Part shown: in pieces, positions 12,331 to 23,901 of the stretch
Layout: each line of letters begins with the position of its first letter
Position numbering within the stretch: the stretch's first letter is position 1
Source: Eledone cirrhosa
Lineage: Eukaryota
Length of the DNA: 64,000 nucleotides
Reading direction: 5' to 3'
NCBI GenBank assembly: GCA_964016885.1
Contig: OZ024740.1
Location: 235,290,001 to 235,354,000, forward strand
The notes under the pieces: model-generated
What the model was told of the DNA's origin: nothing
The model's database searches: none
What the model saw: the letters and a program-made list of their open reading frames with translations, nothing else
Position numbers and translations under genes: made by a program

Positions 12331-13877
12331 GTGCATGTCTCGGATCACCTTCCAATGAGTTAAGTCATCTCTGAAATTTAAAATAAAAAAATATTTTTTG
12401 AAATAGTTTGACTGAAATCTGAAAGGACCAAAACTGGAAATAGGCAGTGCCTTGAAGTGAAGAATCTTATCTTTGGTAGACTTAGAGACCACTTCCTACA
12501 TAGTTCATTCTTAATAGACCTGCCCAGCAAAGCATAATGTCTGCCAGATCAGTGCATAAAAAATATACAAATATAAAACCCCAAATAAAATTGCTTTCTT
12601 TTTTAATTTTTCTCTGGGAAAAGGGTTTTTTATTTTTTTTTTAATAATATTTTATGCTAATTTACACAGTAACTTTAAATGAATTATTTTTGTAATCAGA
12701 AGCCTTTTCCAGAGTTTGTGCATATACTATATTCTTAATTTTTTCTCATGATCTAAAATAAGGACAAATTTCTACTGTTTCCAACTCTGAGAAAAGAAAC
12801 CTACAGTTAACCAGGAGGAAAATGTTTTTTTAAGAAGTATTAGAAAATGTCCCTTTTACCCCCAAAAGATATACCCCAATGCAAAATTTCAATTAGCTAG
12901 GTGCCAAAATGTGGCTTACAACTTCAAACATACATTCTCTTTTATATATTAAGACAACTGCCATTGCAGGTTTACAATAGATACTTTGGATTCCACTCGC
13001 TGTCATTCCATCTCAGCACTGACTTCTTCCCATGATATGCCACTCAGAGGGTGTTAATATCGAGGTAGTGGCAAAAGCTTGATGGCATCAGAATCACAAT
13101 CTTCTCATATTGAGATGATAAGCCTCTTATCTGGGATGTTATACTTTATTCAGTGGTAACCTGGTGAAATCAGCATCAAACTTAAAATTTATTGCTTAAC
13201 AAGCTGAAATGAAAAGCTGAGAAGATATCAGTCACTCTTATTGACAGGTTTCCTGTTGAACCCATAGCAGTGCAAAAGTCCATTGTCCTAACTCCTTGAA
13301 CCATCTCTCTACTTACTGCACTTCAGATGGAGATAACTACTGACAGGATCAAACCTCATGAGTTGGACAGACCTTTTTTACTGCATCTCTCTTGCCATCC
13401 TCTGGAGCAATGCATTTGTTATCCTGACTCTTGGATTGTGAAGCAACAATGAAATAAATGCATGTAACATGGGGAGTGAGTAGGCCATACCCTACCAGGT
13501 TAGCCCAGTGTTGGTAGGGAGTGGATGTGGTCTTGGTCTGGAACCTCGAACCCAATCTTTCTAACATTGTTGAATGTGCTTGGTATAACTCGAGTTTTCC
13601 TCGGTCCTTGCAACCCCCCCCCCCCTGTCACAGTGCCAAGGTGTCACATAATGAAATAGATGCAGTTAGTTTTAAATATGTTATTTCACTAAAGCCTGTC
13701 CAAATTCTTGATTATTTTTTAAACATAAGTAGCGCTATTTAAAAAAAAAACTATAGTAACCATCTTTGACTAACAGATTCCCCAACAAACCATCTAAAGT
13801 CAAGGACAAGTTACCAAAAGTGGTAGACTAGCAAGAGACTCTGGGATGAAAAAAAGAAAAGCACTTCTGTCATCTAT

Positions 13878-13948
13878 TTATTGGTGGTTCAGTAGTAGAA
13901 TGCTCAACTGCCTCATGAGCGGCCCAGGTTCAATTCCCGACCAATGCA
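13878..13948 (+). pseudogene. tRNA-Gly(GCC) pseudogene
   Basis: 71 nt, colinear with animal tRNA-Gly-GCC (ATTGGTGGTTCAGT.GTAGAAT.CTC..CTGCC.C..G.G.GGCCC.GGTTC.ATTCCCG.CCAATGCA). The first two bases are TT rather than GC (acceptor stem broken) and the anticodon stem has a mismatch. Confidence 0.8.
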
Positions 13949-14029
13949 CATAAAGTGGTTATTTTTCGTCTAACCCATGTTAGTGTGGATAAAATAGATA
14001 TTAAATGATGTTAATGATGACTCCACCTT

Positions 14030-17000
14030 CTTGTTGTTTCTGTTTTTGTTGTTACTATTGTTATTGCTTCCATTTTTGTTGTTGTTGCTTCTGTTCTGTT
14101 GTTACTGTTGTTGTTGTTGGTTCTGTTGTTATTGTTGTTGTCATTTATTTCTGTTGTTATTGTTGTTGTTGTCATTAGTTCTGTTGTTATTGTTATTAGT
14201 TCTGTTGTTACTGTTGTTGTTAGTTCTGTTGTTGCTTCTGGTCTTGTATTTTATGTTACTGTTGTTATGTTTGTTGTTGTTATTATTATTACTAGCAGTG
14301 TTGTTATATTTGTTGTTACTATTGTTACTAGTAGTGTTGTTATATTTGTTGTTGTTGTTTTTTTTTGTGTGATTGTTATTGTTATTATATTTTTCTATCA
14401 CTTCTACAAATATTATTTTCTTTTGTCTTTTGTTGTTGCTATTGTTGTTGTGGTTGCAACTATTATTGATTCTGTTGCTGTTGTTCCTGTTAGTCTTATC
14501 TCAGGATTTTCTTACTACTGTTGTGTTGGTTGCTATTGTTATTGATGTTGTTGTTACTGTTGTGTTGGTTGCTATTGTTATTCATGTTGTTGTTGTTACT
14601 GTTGTGTTGGTTGCTATTGTTATTGATGTTGTTGTTACTGTTGTGTTAGTTGCTATTGTTATTGATGTTGTTACTGTTGTGTTTGTTGCTATTGTTATTG
14701 ATTTGTTGTTACTGTTGTGTTTGTTGCTATTGTTATTGATGTTGTTGTTACTGTTGTGTTTGTTGCTATTGTTATTGATGTTGTTGTTGTTACTGTTGTG
14801 TTGGTTGCTATTGTTATTGATGTTGCTGTTACTGTTGTGTTGGTTGCTATTGTTATTGATGTTGTTGTTGTTACTGTTGTGTTGGTTGCTATTGTTATTG
14901 ATGTTGTTGTTAGTGTTGTGTTGGTTGCTATTGTTATTGATGTTGTTGTTGTTACTGTTGTGTTTGTTGCTATTGTTATTGATGTTGTTGTTGTTACTGT
15001 TGTGTTGGTTGCTATTGTTATTGATGTTGTTGTTACTGTTGTGTTGGTTGCTATTGTTATTGATGTTGTTGTTACTGTTGTGTTTGTTGCTATTGTTATT
15101 GATGTTGTTGTTACTGTTGTGTTGGTTGCTATTGTTATTGATGTTGTTGTTACTGTTGTGTTGGTTGCTATTGTTATTGATGTTGTTACTGTTGTGTTTG
15201 TTGCTATTGTTATTGATGTTGTTGTTACTGTTGTGTTGGTTGCTATTGTTATTGATGTTGTTGTTACTGTTGTGTTTGTTGCTATTGTTATTGATGTTGT
15301 TGTTACTGTTGTGTTTGTTGCTATTGTTATTGATGTTGTTGTTACTGTTGTTTGTTGCTATTGTTATTGATGTTGCTGTTACTGTTGTGTTGGTTGATAT
15401 TGTTATTGATGTTGTTGTTGTTACTGTTGTGTTGGTTGCTATTGTTATTGATGTTGTTAGTGTTGTGTTGGTTGCTATTGTTATTGATGTTGTTGTTGTT
15501 ACTGTTGTGTTTGTTGCTATTGTTATTGATGTTGTTGTTGTTACTGTTGTGTTGGTTGCTATTGTTATTGATGTTGTTGTTGTTACTGCTGTGTTGGTTG
15601 CTATTGTTATTGATGTTGTTGTTACTGTTGTGTTTGTTGCTATTGTTATTGATGTTGTTGTTACTGTTGTGTTGGTTGCTATTGTTATTGATGTTGTTGT
15701 TACTGTTGTGTTGGTTGCTATTGTTATTGATGTTGTTACTGTTGTGTTTGTTGCTATTGTTATTGATGTTGTTGTTACTGTTGTGTTGGTTGCTATTGTT
15801 ATTGATGTTGTTGTTACTGTTGTGTTGGTTGCTATTGTTATTGATGTTGTTGTTACTGTTGTGTTTGTTGCTATTGTTATTGATGTTGTTACTGTTGTGT
15901 TTGTTGCTATTGTTATTCATGTTGTTACTGTTGTGTTAGTTGCTATTGTTATTGATGTTGTTGTTACTGTTGTGTTAGTTGCTATTGTTATTGATGTTGT
16001 TATTGTTACTGTTGTGTTAGTTGCTATTGTTATTGATGTTGTTACTGTTGTGTTGATTGCTATTGTTATTGATGTTGTTACTGTTGTGTTGATTGCTATT
16101 GTTATTGATGTTGTTATTGTTACTGTTGTGTTGGTTGCTATTGTTATTGATGTTGTTGTTACTGTTGTGTTGGTTGCTATTGTTATTGATGTTGTTATTG
16201 TTACTGTTGTGTTGGTTGCTATTGTTATTGATGTTGTTGTTACTGTTGTGTTGATTGCTATTGTTATTGATGTTGTTAGTGTTGTGTTGGTTGCTATTGT
16301 TATTGATTTGTTGTTACTGTTGTGTTGGTTGCTATTGTTATTGATGTTGTTGTTACTGTTGTGTTGGTTGCTATTGCTATTGATGTTGTTACTGTTGTGT
16401 TGGTTGCTATTGTTATTGATGTTGTTACTGTTGTGTTGGTTGCTATTGCTATTGATGTTGTTACTGTTGTGTTGGTTGCTATTGTTATTGATGTTGTTAC
16501 TGTTGTGTTAGTTGCTATTGTTATTGATGTTGTTACTGTTGTGTTAGTTGCTATTGTTATTGATTTGTTGTTACTGTTGTGTTGGTTGCTATTGTTATTG
16601 ATGTTGTTACTGTTGTGTTTGTTGCTATTGTTATTGATGTTGTTACTGTTGTGTTAGTTGCTATTGTTATTGATTTTCTTGTTACTGTTGTGTTGGTTGC
16701 TATTGTTATTGATGTTGTTACTGTTGTGTTGGTTGCTATTGATGTTGTTACTGTTGTGTTGGTTGCAATTGTTATTGATGTTGTTACTGTTGTGTTAGTT
16801 GCTATTGTTATTGATGTTGTTACTGTTGTGTTGGTTGCTATTGATGTTGTTACTGTTGTGTTTGTTGCTATTGTTATTGATGTTGTTACTGTTGTGTTAG
16901 TTGCTATTGTTATTGATGTTGTTACTGTTGTGTTGGTTGCTATTGTTATTGATGTTGTTACTGTTGTGTTGGTTGCTATTGATGTTGTTACTGTTGTGTT

Positions 17001-18100
17001 GGTTGCTATTGTTATTGATGTTGTTACTGTTGTGTTAGTTGCTATTGTTATTGATGTTGTTACTGTTGTGTTGGTTGCTATTGATGTTGTTACTGTTGTG
17101 TTGGTTGCTATTGTTATTGATGTTGTTATTGTTGTGTTTGTTGCTATTGTTATTGATGTTGTTACTGTTGTGTTAGTTGCTATTGTTATTGATGTTGTTG
17201 TTGTTACTGTTGTGTTGGTTGCTATTGTTATTGATGTTGTTACTGTTGTGTTGGTTGCTATTGTTATTGATGTTGTTACTGTTGTGTTAGTTGCTATTGT
17301 TATTGATTTTCTTGTTACTGTTGTGTTTGTTGCTATTGTTATTGATGTTGTTACTGTTGTGTTGGTTGCTATTGTTATTGATGTTGTTGTTACTGTTGTG
17401 TTGGTTGCTATTGTTATTGATGTTGTTGTTACTGTTGTGTTGGTTGCTATTGTTATTGATGTTGTTACTGTTGTGTTGGTTGCTATTGTTATTGATGTTG
17501 TTACTGTTGTGTTGGTTGCTATTGTTATTGATGTTGTTGTTGTTACTGTTGTGTTGGTTGCTATTGTTATTGATGTTGTTGTTACTGTTGTGTTGGTTGC
17601 TATTGTTATTGATGTTGTTACTGTTGTGTTGGTTGCTATTGTTATTGATGTTGTTGTTACTGTTGTGTTGGTTGCTATTGTTATTGATGTTGTTACTGTT
17701 GTGTTGGTTGCTATTGTTATTGATGTTGTTACTGTTGTGTTGGTTGCTATTGTTATTGATGTTGTTACTGTTGTGTTGGTTGCTATTGTTATTGATTTTC
17801 TTGTTACTGTTGTTGTTGCCATTGTTATTGCTGCTGCTGTTGTTTTTGTTATAGTTGTTGCTATTATTATTGATGTTGTTGTTGTTGGAGTTGTTACTGT
17901 CGTTGTAGTTGTTACTGTTGTTGTTACTATTATTGATGCTGTTGTTGTAGTAGTAGTTGTTACTGTTATTGCTGCCACTATTACTGATGCTGCTGTTGTA
18001 GTTGTTATTGTTGTTGTTGTTGTAGTTGTTATTGCTGCTGTTGTTGTAGTTGTTATTGCTGCTGTTGTAGTAGTTGTTACTGACGCTGCTGTTGTTGTAA
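14030..18100. repeat. (GTT)-derived minisatellite, unit GTTACTGTTGTGTTGGTTGCTATTGTTATTGAT(GTT)n (~36-42 bp), with irregular GTT/GCT microsatellite flanks
   Basis: Regular core ~14515-17810 read directly. Source of the poly-L/V/T/N ORFs. Confidence 0.97.
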
Positions 18101-18274
18101 CAGTACCTTCAATTGGGTGACAGCAACAGTCCACCAAGTGAACACTTGTCAATATAATTCTTTTAACTTTACTGACACATGTAAATATCTAAATATCTTC
18201 TTTTTTACATTCAATGTTGCTAGATTTATTTTCCTTCCTTTTCCAACTACACATTTTTGTCAGAAAACAAACAA

Positions 18275-18294
18275 ACTACTACTACCACCATCAT

Positions 18295-18332
<38 letters not shown>

Positions 18333-18445
18333 ATACTACTACCACCAACACCACCATTACTACTACTACTACCACCAACACCACCATTACCACCACCACC
18401 ACTACTATCACCACTACCATCATTACTACCACTACTACTACCCAA
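18275..18445. repeat. (ACT)n/(ACC)n microsatellite
   Basis: Read directly. Confidence 0.9.
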
Positions 18446-18634
18446 CCAGCATACACCAGAGATCTAAGAATACCCCCCCCCCCAAAAAAAAAACAACAAC
18501 AACAAAATGAGCCAGAATGTATTCATGTAACTGTAATCTAATGTAAAGTTGTATTCAGTTTTAAATGTTTCCTAATGTGTTTATTCCTCATGTTTTGTTG
18601 TTTTATCTTTTGTTGCAGTGAACCAAAGAAAAAT

Positions 18635-18739
18635 ATGCTGCGTGTTGCATTAGGGACAGCCATTACCGTGGCCCCAATGGTTATCTTCTTCCATGATAAT
18701 GTAGGTTTCATTGCAAAAGTTGAAGGAGCATCAATGCAG
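18635..18739 (+). CDS. IMMP2L: Mitochondrial inner membrane protease subunit 2, first visible coding exon (exon 18619-18739)
   Basis: Acceptor TTTTATCTTTTGTTGCAG ends at 18618. ATG at 18635 gives MLRVALGTAITVAPMVIFFHDNVGFIAKVEGASMQ, then donor CAG|GTAAAG, phase 0. VEGASMQ is the S26-peptidase catalytic Ser motif (human ARVEGASMQ, recalled). Confidence 0.93.
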
Positions 18740-18789
18740 GTAAAGTAATATCTTTATACCTAACACTGTTATATCTAGCACACCAAATA

Positions 18790-18897
18790 TAGTGGAACCT
18801 CGGTTCATAAACTTAATTTGTTCCTGAAGGCTGTTCGCTACTCGAAATATTCATAAACCAAAACTATTTTTCCCATTTAAAATGTTGAGAGAGAAAT

Positions 18898-18933
<36 letters not shown>

Positions 18934-19149
18934 AATGGCTGTGTATGAAAGACAGATAGACATCACTATAGTAACTAACTACACAGCAAGTGATACTGGT
19001 ACTCCAAGTTTGTTGCCAACCATTGTTGTCGGCTTGCATGTTCATTACTGAAGTCACTGTTCGTGAACCGAGACGTTTTATGTTTGGAAAAATTGTTCAC
19101 AAATTGATTTATTCATGATGAAAGGCATTTGTGAACCTTGGTTCCACTG
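18790..19149. mobile_element. Tigger/pogo-type MITE 50 bp into the intron
   Basis: TA|TAGTGGAACCTCGGTTCA ... TGAACCTTGGTTCCACTG|TA inverted termini; internal (GA)n. Confidence 0.75.
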
Positions 19150-19190
19150 TAATTGGTTCTCAACTGTTTCTTTATTAGGGACCTCTTTTA

Positions 19191-19387
19191 CAAAGGCCGG
19201 CTGAAAAGTTCATAGGCTGACCAAGATACTCTCATGGATTGACCAAATGAGGTTTTATTTTTCAATATAATTCCTGGAAAGAAACAATGCAGTTATTTAT
19301 AAGAAGAGTTGGAATTAATGCTTGCAAGATTTCATAGCTCTAGAATTACTACTTCATAGCCAGCCTATGAACTTTTCAGCCTCCTCA
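19191..19387. mobile_element. Mariner-type MITE, second copy
   Basis: GGCTGAAAAGTTCATAGGCTG ... CAGCCTATGAACTTTTCAGCC inverted repeat; colinear with 10581-10776. Confidence 0.8.
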
Positions 19388-19789
19388 TACAGCAACAGCA
19401 GCAAGCAGTTTAATGTCATCTTAACTGCTAAAGCCGGTGTTAGCCCAGTTTGTGGTCCAGTTCCTGGTAATTTTTTCAACAGCAACCAACAATGACCTTT
19501 CAGGCTATATACCTTGCCAATTGTCACAATTAGAAAGTACTTCTTTCTTAGGGATTTGGACTTTGATTCCTTTTGACCATTCAGTAGGTGTCTCTCCTTT
19601 ATTCTAGATTATCATCCCAATTTCTGCCAGCTTTTCTATGATGGTATCACCACCATGTTTTAGATGTGTACTGATAATGATGATGTATTCTCCACCCCTT
19701 TCCATATCACTGATACACCTTTCCTGTCCAACTCATTCATGCATGCATGGAAAGCAAGTCATGCTCAACACTTGCCCTCTCACAATACT

Positions 19790-20210
19790 GGTTCCTTGAC
19801 AAAAGCAGCCAGTCTACCCTGAATAGTGGTAGTGCTGGTGTCACAATGCATCTAATCAACTCTGTAAGGTGGTTGTATGGGTGCTATGACAAAAAGCACC
19901 AGTCCACATTATAAGGTGATTGCGCTGGTACCACAACAAAAAAGCACTCAGTCTACTGTAAGTCTACTGTAAGTCTACTTGTGCCATGATGAAAAGTACC
20001 CAGGCCATTCTGTAAAGTGGTGGTGCCATGAAAAATCTTCCCAGGACACACTGTAATGTGGCATTAGGAAGGGCATCCAACTATAGAAATCCCACCCCCA
20101 AAACATTGTATGAGCAAGACATGGTCACCTGATCTTGCTTGCCTCATAATGTGACAAACTGTCTAACTCATGCAAGCATGGAAAATAGACATTAAATAGA
20201 GTTGATGATG
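19790..20210 (+). mobile_element. RTE 3'-UTR-derived element with internal tandem subrepeats
   Basis: Repeated GGTG(C/T)CAYRA..AAAAGCAC(C)CAGTCCAC..TGTAAGGTGG units followed by the RTE tail seen at 5355-5507. Confidence 0.65.
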
Positions 20211-20371
20211 TATAATATATGTGTTTATGTTTATGTCACACTAAAACTTGTTGCTGTTTATGTTCTGTCTCTCTATGTCCTGTAACTTAATGATTTGACA
20301 AATCAAGATCAATAAAATAAGTGCAAAGACTGAAAGAAATACTGTTGTGAGTATTACTAAAGTGTCTAGTG

Positions 20372-20550
20372 TAGCGGATTGGCAGAATTGGTAGGTCATC
20401 AGATAAAATGCCATTGTGGTATTTGTTCTAGCTCTTTCCATTCTGAGTTAAAATTATACCAAAGTCAACTTTGCCTTTCATTCTTCTGGGGTTGATTTAG
20501 TGAACTTTACCCTTCCTCAAAATTTGCTGGCCTTGTGACTAAATTAGAAC
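20372..20550 (+). mobile_element. SINE family B copy
   Basis: GCGGATTGGCAGAATTGGTAG ... TTCTGAGTTAAA..AAAGTCAACTTTGCCTTTCAT. Confidence 0.65.
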
Positions 20551-21764
20551 TCAATATTTTTAAACAGCCTCCATGTTTGATCAGAGGATAGGAGACCCAA
20601 GTCTCCTGGCACTAGCGGGCTTTTGGGACTTAAGCCCCTCCTATAATTTATTTCAATATATTAGTGCTGTGGTTTTTACTACAGTGATTTTCTATTGACT
20701 CTAAATATGTTAGTATGATCATGTTTTTAATTTCTTTCTTAGTCTTGTATTGGTAATAAAAAAAGCATGAGCTAATAATAATAATAATACACATGTACAG
20801 TACATATACTTAAGTCCCTTCTATCACAAAACTGTAATGGAAGCTCTGAGACCTGACCTGATCTGAATGCTTACAGTAGAATGAATATGTTGAACACATC
20901 CAAGGGGCAAGTGGTGGCATTAAAAGGGATGAAATATTAACCCTTTTGATATCAACTTGTTTGAAACCGCTCTTGGTTCTATGATGTTTATATATATATA
21001 TAAACAAGCAGGGAAAAGCGGACGTAAAATGATGATGATGATGATACCTAAAAACCTTCCATCAAAATTATATGCAAGAATCTTGAAGTTATGTTATGAG
21101 AAAGTTAGTTATATTACTAAATCCCTCCAAATTCTTGATTATTTTCCTAATAATAGATAAATATGAGAAAGAAAGATAAAAGCAAAATTAAGTAATGAGA
21201 AAAAGAGAAGGGGTAAAGAAGGGCAGATATGGCTGTATAGGAAAGGATGATGAAATCCATAAATGAAAGGAAAAGGAGTGGGAAAGCAGCAAGGACTCTA
21301 GAACCACAGAAGAAAGGGAAGGGGGAGGGCTCTAGGCTTAGTGTGTGGTGGTGGTGTTGGAGCTGTGCCATGCAGGCAAGACCGCAAAAGCATTTCCTCA
21401 GACAATGGCCAGCGACACCTGCTGTAACAGCCACCCCACCTCACGGGGCTCCTTCCTCAGACAAGCTGCTGACGTTCCAATCTTGCAGAGGAGTTCAGCA
21501 ATATGGGTCCGAGTACGCCTGAAGGCTCAATGGTGACTGGTGCGAAAAGTAAGCAGCTGGACAATCCCCAGTATTTGTTTGTCTTCCTTTCCTCTACATT
21601 GTGACCGGGGTTTGTGGCTGAAGCAACTAAGTTGGAGGCGGAGAACGTGTCGCAACAAACTCCATCTCTTTCTTTTTCCACCAAACTTCTCTTCTCACTC
21701 AATTTTTACCTTCCTCTTTCTCTTCCCACCAAACTCCTCTTTCTTTTCCCACCAAATTTACTCT

Positions 21765-22250
21765 CTTCTCACCCAACTCCTTCCCGCTCTCTCCTCTACT
21801 CACCCAACTCCTCCCTCTACTCACCCAACTCCTTCCCGCTCTCTCCTCTACTCACCCAACTCCTCCCCGCTCTCTCCTCTCCTCACCCAACTCCTCCCTG
21901 TTCTCTCCTCTACTCACCCAACTCCTCCCTGTTCTCTCCTCTCCTCACCCAACTCCTCCCTGTTCTCTCCTCTACTCACCCAACTCCTTGCTCTCTCCTC
22001 TCCTCACCCAACTCCTCCCTGTTCTCTCCTCACCCAACTCCTCCCTGCTCTCTCCTCTACTCACCCAACTCCTCCCTGCTCTCTCCTCTACTCACCCAAC
22101 TCCTCCCTCTACTCACCCAACTCCTCCCCGCTCTCTCCTCTACTCACCCAACTCCTCCCCACTCTCTCCTCTACTCACCCAACTCTCTCGCTTTTTCTCA
22201 CCCAACTCTCTTTATATTCACCCAACTCCCTCTCTTCTCACCCAACTTAA
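21765..22250. repeat. Pyrimidine-rich minisatellite, ~31 bp (TCACCCAACTCCTCCCTGYTCTCTCCTCTAC)
   Basis: Read directly. Confidence 0.9.
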
Positions 22251-23130
22251 CTCTCACACACTCTATCTCTCCCTTTGCACCCCCACCCCCACCGGTCTCT
22301 CTAAAGATCAGATCATTACATCAACACCTCTGGGTTCCTTTAACTTCCCTCTATTCTAAAGTTCTCCAGCTATTACAAGGTTACACTAAAGCCTCTCTGC
22401 TAATATGTCAGCCTCAAACCTGACACTTCCATCAAATATAACATCAATTTATTTCACTTTAGAAAACTCTTCAACTAATCTTTTACATTTTATTAAAACG
22501 ACGACAACAACAACAACAAATATATTTTGCTCCCTCCCCCTCTTCAAAAAAAAAAAAACAACTTTTCTTCTGAAATCTTTTACTATTAGAGAACTAATCT
22601 CATTGGAACTGTGCCATTCCCCCCCCCCCCCCTCCCACCATCACCACCACCACCACCAACAAAATTAACAACATAAACATCATCACCACCACCACTATCT
22701 TTATACCTTTTCCTTTTTCAAAAGACACACACACACACACACAGAGCAACAATAATAACCAGGCTCAGATGAGATTTTGTTTGATCATTCACTGAAGAAA
22801 AAGAACTTTAAAAAAAAAATAATAAACCAATCAAAACCCCAAAACAAACAAAAATAAACAACAAAAAACAAACAAACAAACAAACAAACAAAACAACAGC
22901 AACAAAAACAAACAAATCAAAACCAAATTAAACAAAAATGATTGAATGACATTTTTGAAAATTAATTATTGTTTAAATAATGAGAGTTGGTGAAGAATCT
23001 TTGTTGGCTACATTTAAGTTTTGTTTTCTGAAAGTAGGGTTTGAGCATATAAAAAAGAAAAACAACCTACCACCATCAACAAATGAAAATGAACACACAC
23101 AACCACACATATACATAGATACATACATAC

Positions 23131-23177
<47 letters not shown>

Positions 23178-23391
23178 CTACAAAAAAAAGAAAAAATCTG
23201 TTAATTGAAAATATGAGAAGAAAAAATAATTAATTTATATAATGACACGAATGGGATTGGCTGGATTTGATTTTGACAACTGTTATCTTTGATTAAATCT
23301 TTGTTAAGCACAAGCAAGACCTTCTTTCTCTTTCCTCTCCATTCTTCTACTGACCCTTATTCACACTCTCTTGAAGAGTTTTCTAAAGTGA

Positions 23392-23900
23392 AATACTCAC
23401 TCACTCCTTCACATATACACTCTCTCTTTCTCTCATACTCTCTCACTCCTTCACATATACACTTTCTCTTTCTCTCATACACTCTCTCTCTTTGTCTCAT
23501 ACTCACTCATTCCTTCACATACACACTCTCTCTTTGTCTCATACTCACTCACTCCTTCACATACACACTCTCTCTTTCTCTCATACTCACTCACTCCTTC
23601 ACATACACACTCTCTTTGTCTCATACTCACTCACTCCTTCACATACACACTCTCTCTTTCTCTCATACTCACTCATTTCTTCACATACACACTCTCTCTT
23701 TCTCTCATACTCACTCCTTCACATACACACTCTCTCTTTCTCTCATACTCACTCATTTCTTCACATACACACTCTCTCTTTCTCTCATACTCACTCACTC
23801 CTTCACATACACACTCTCTCTTTCTCTCATACTCACTCATTTCTTCACATACACACTCTCTCTTTCTCTCATACTCACTCACTCCTTCTCATACACACTC
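23392..23900. repeat. ~42-bp minisatellite (TCACTCACTCCTTCACATACACACTCTCTCTTTCTCTCATAC)
   Basis: Read directly; abuts the 59-bp array. Confidence 0.92.
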
Positions 23901-23901
23901 A

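Noticed and set aside
14031-18152. Long ORFs (712, 531, 513 aa) resembling membrane proteins, mucins or antifreeze proteins
   Set aside because: They arise from a stop-poor GTT-derived minisatellite open in several frames on both strands, with frame slips and no unique domain.
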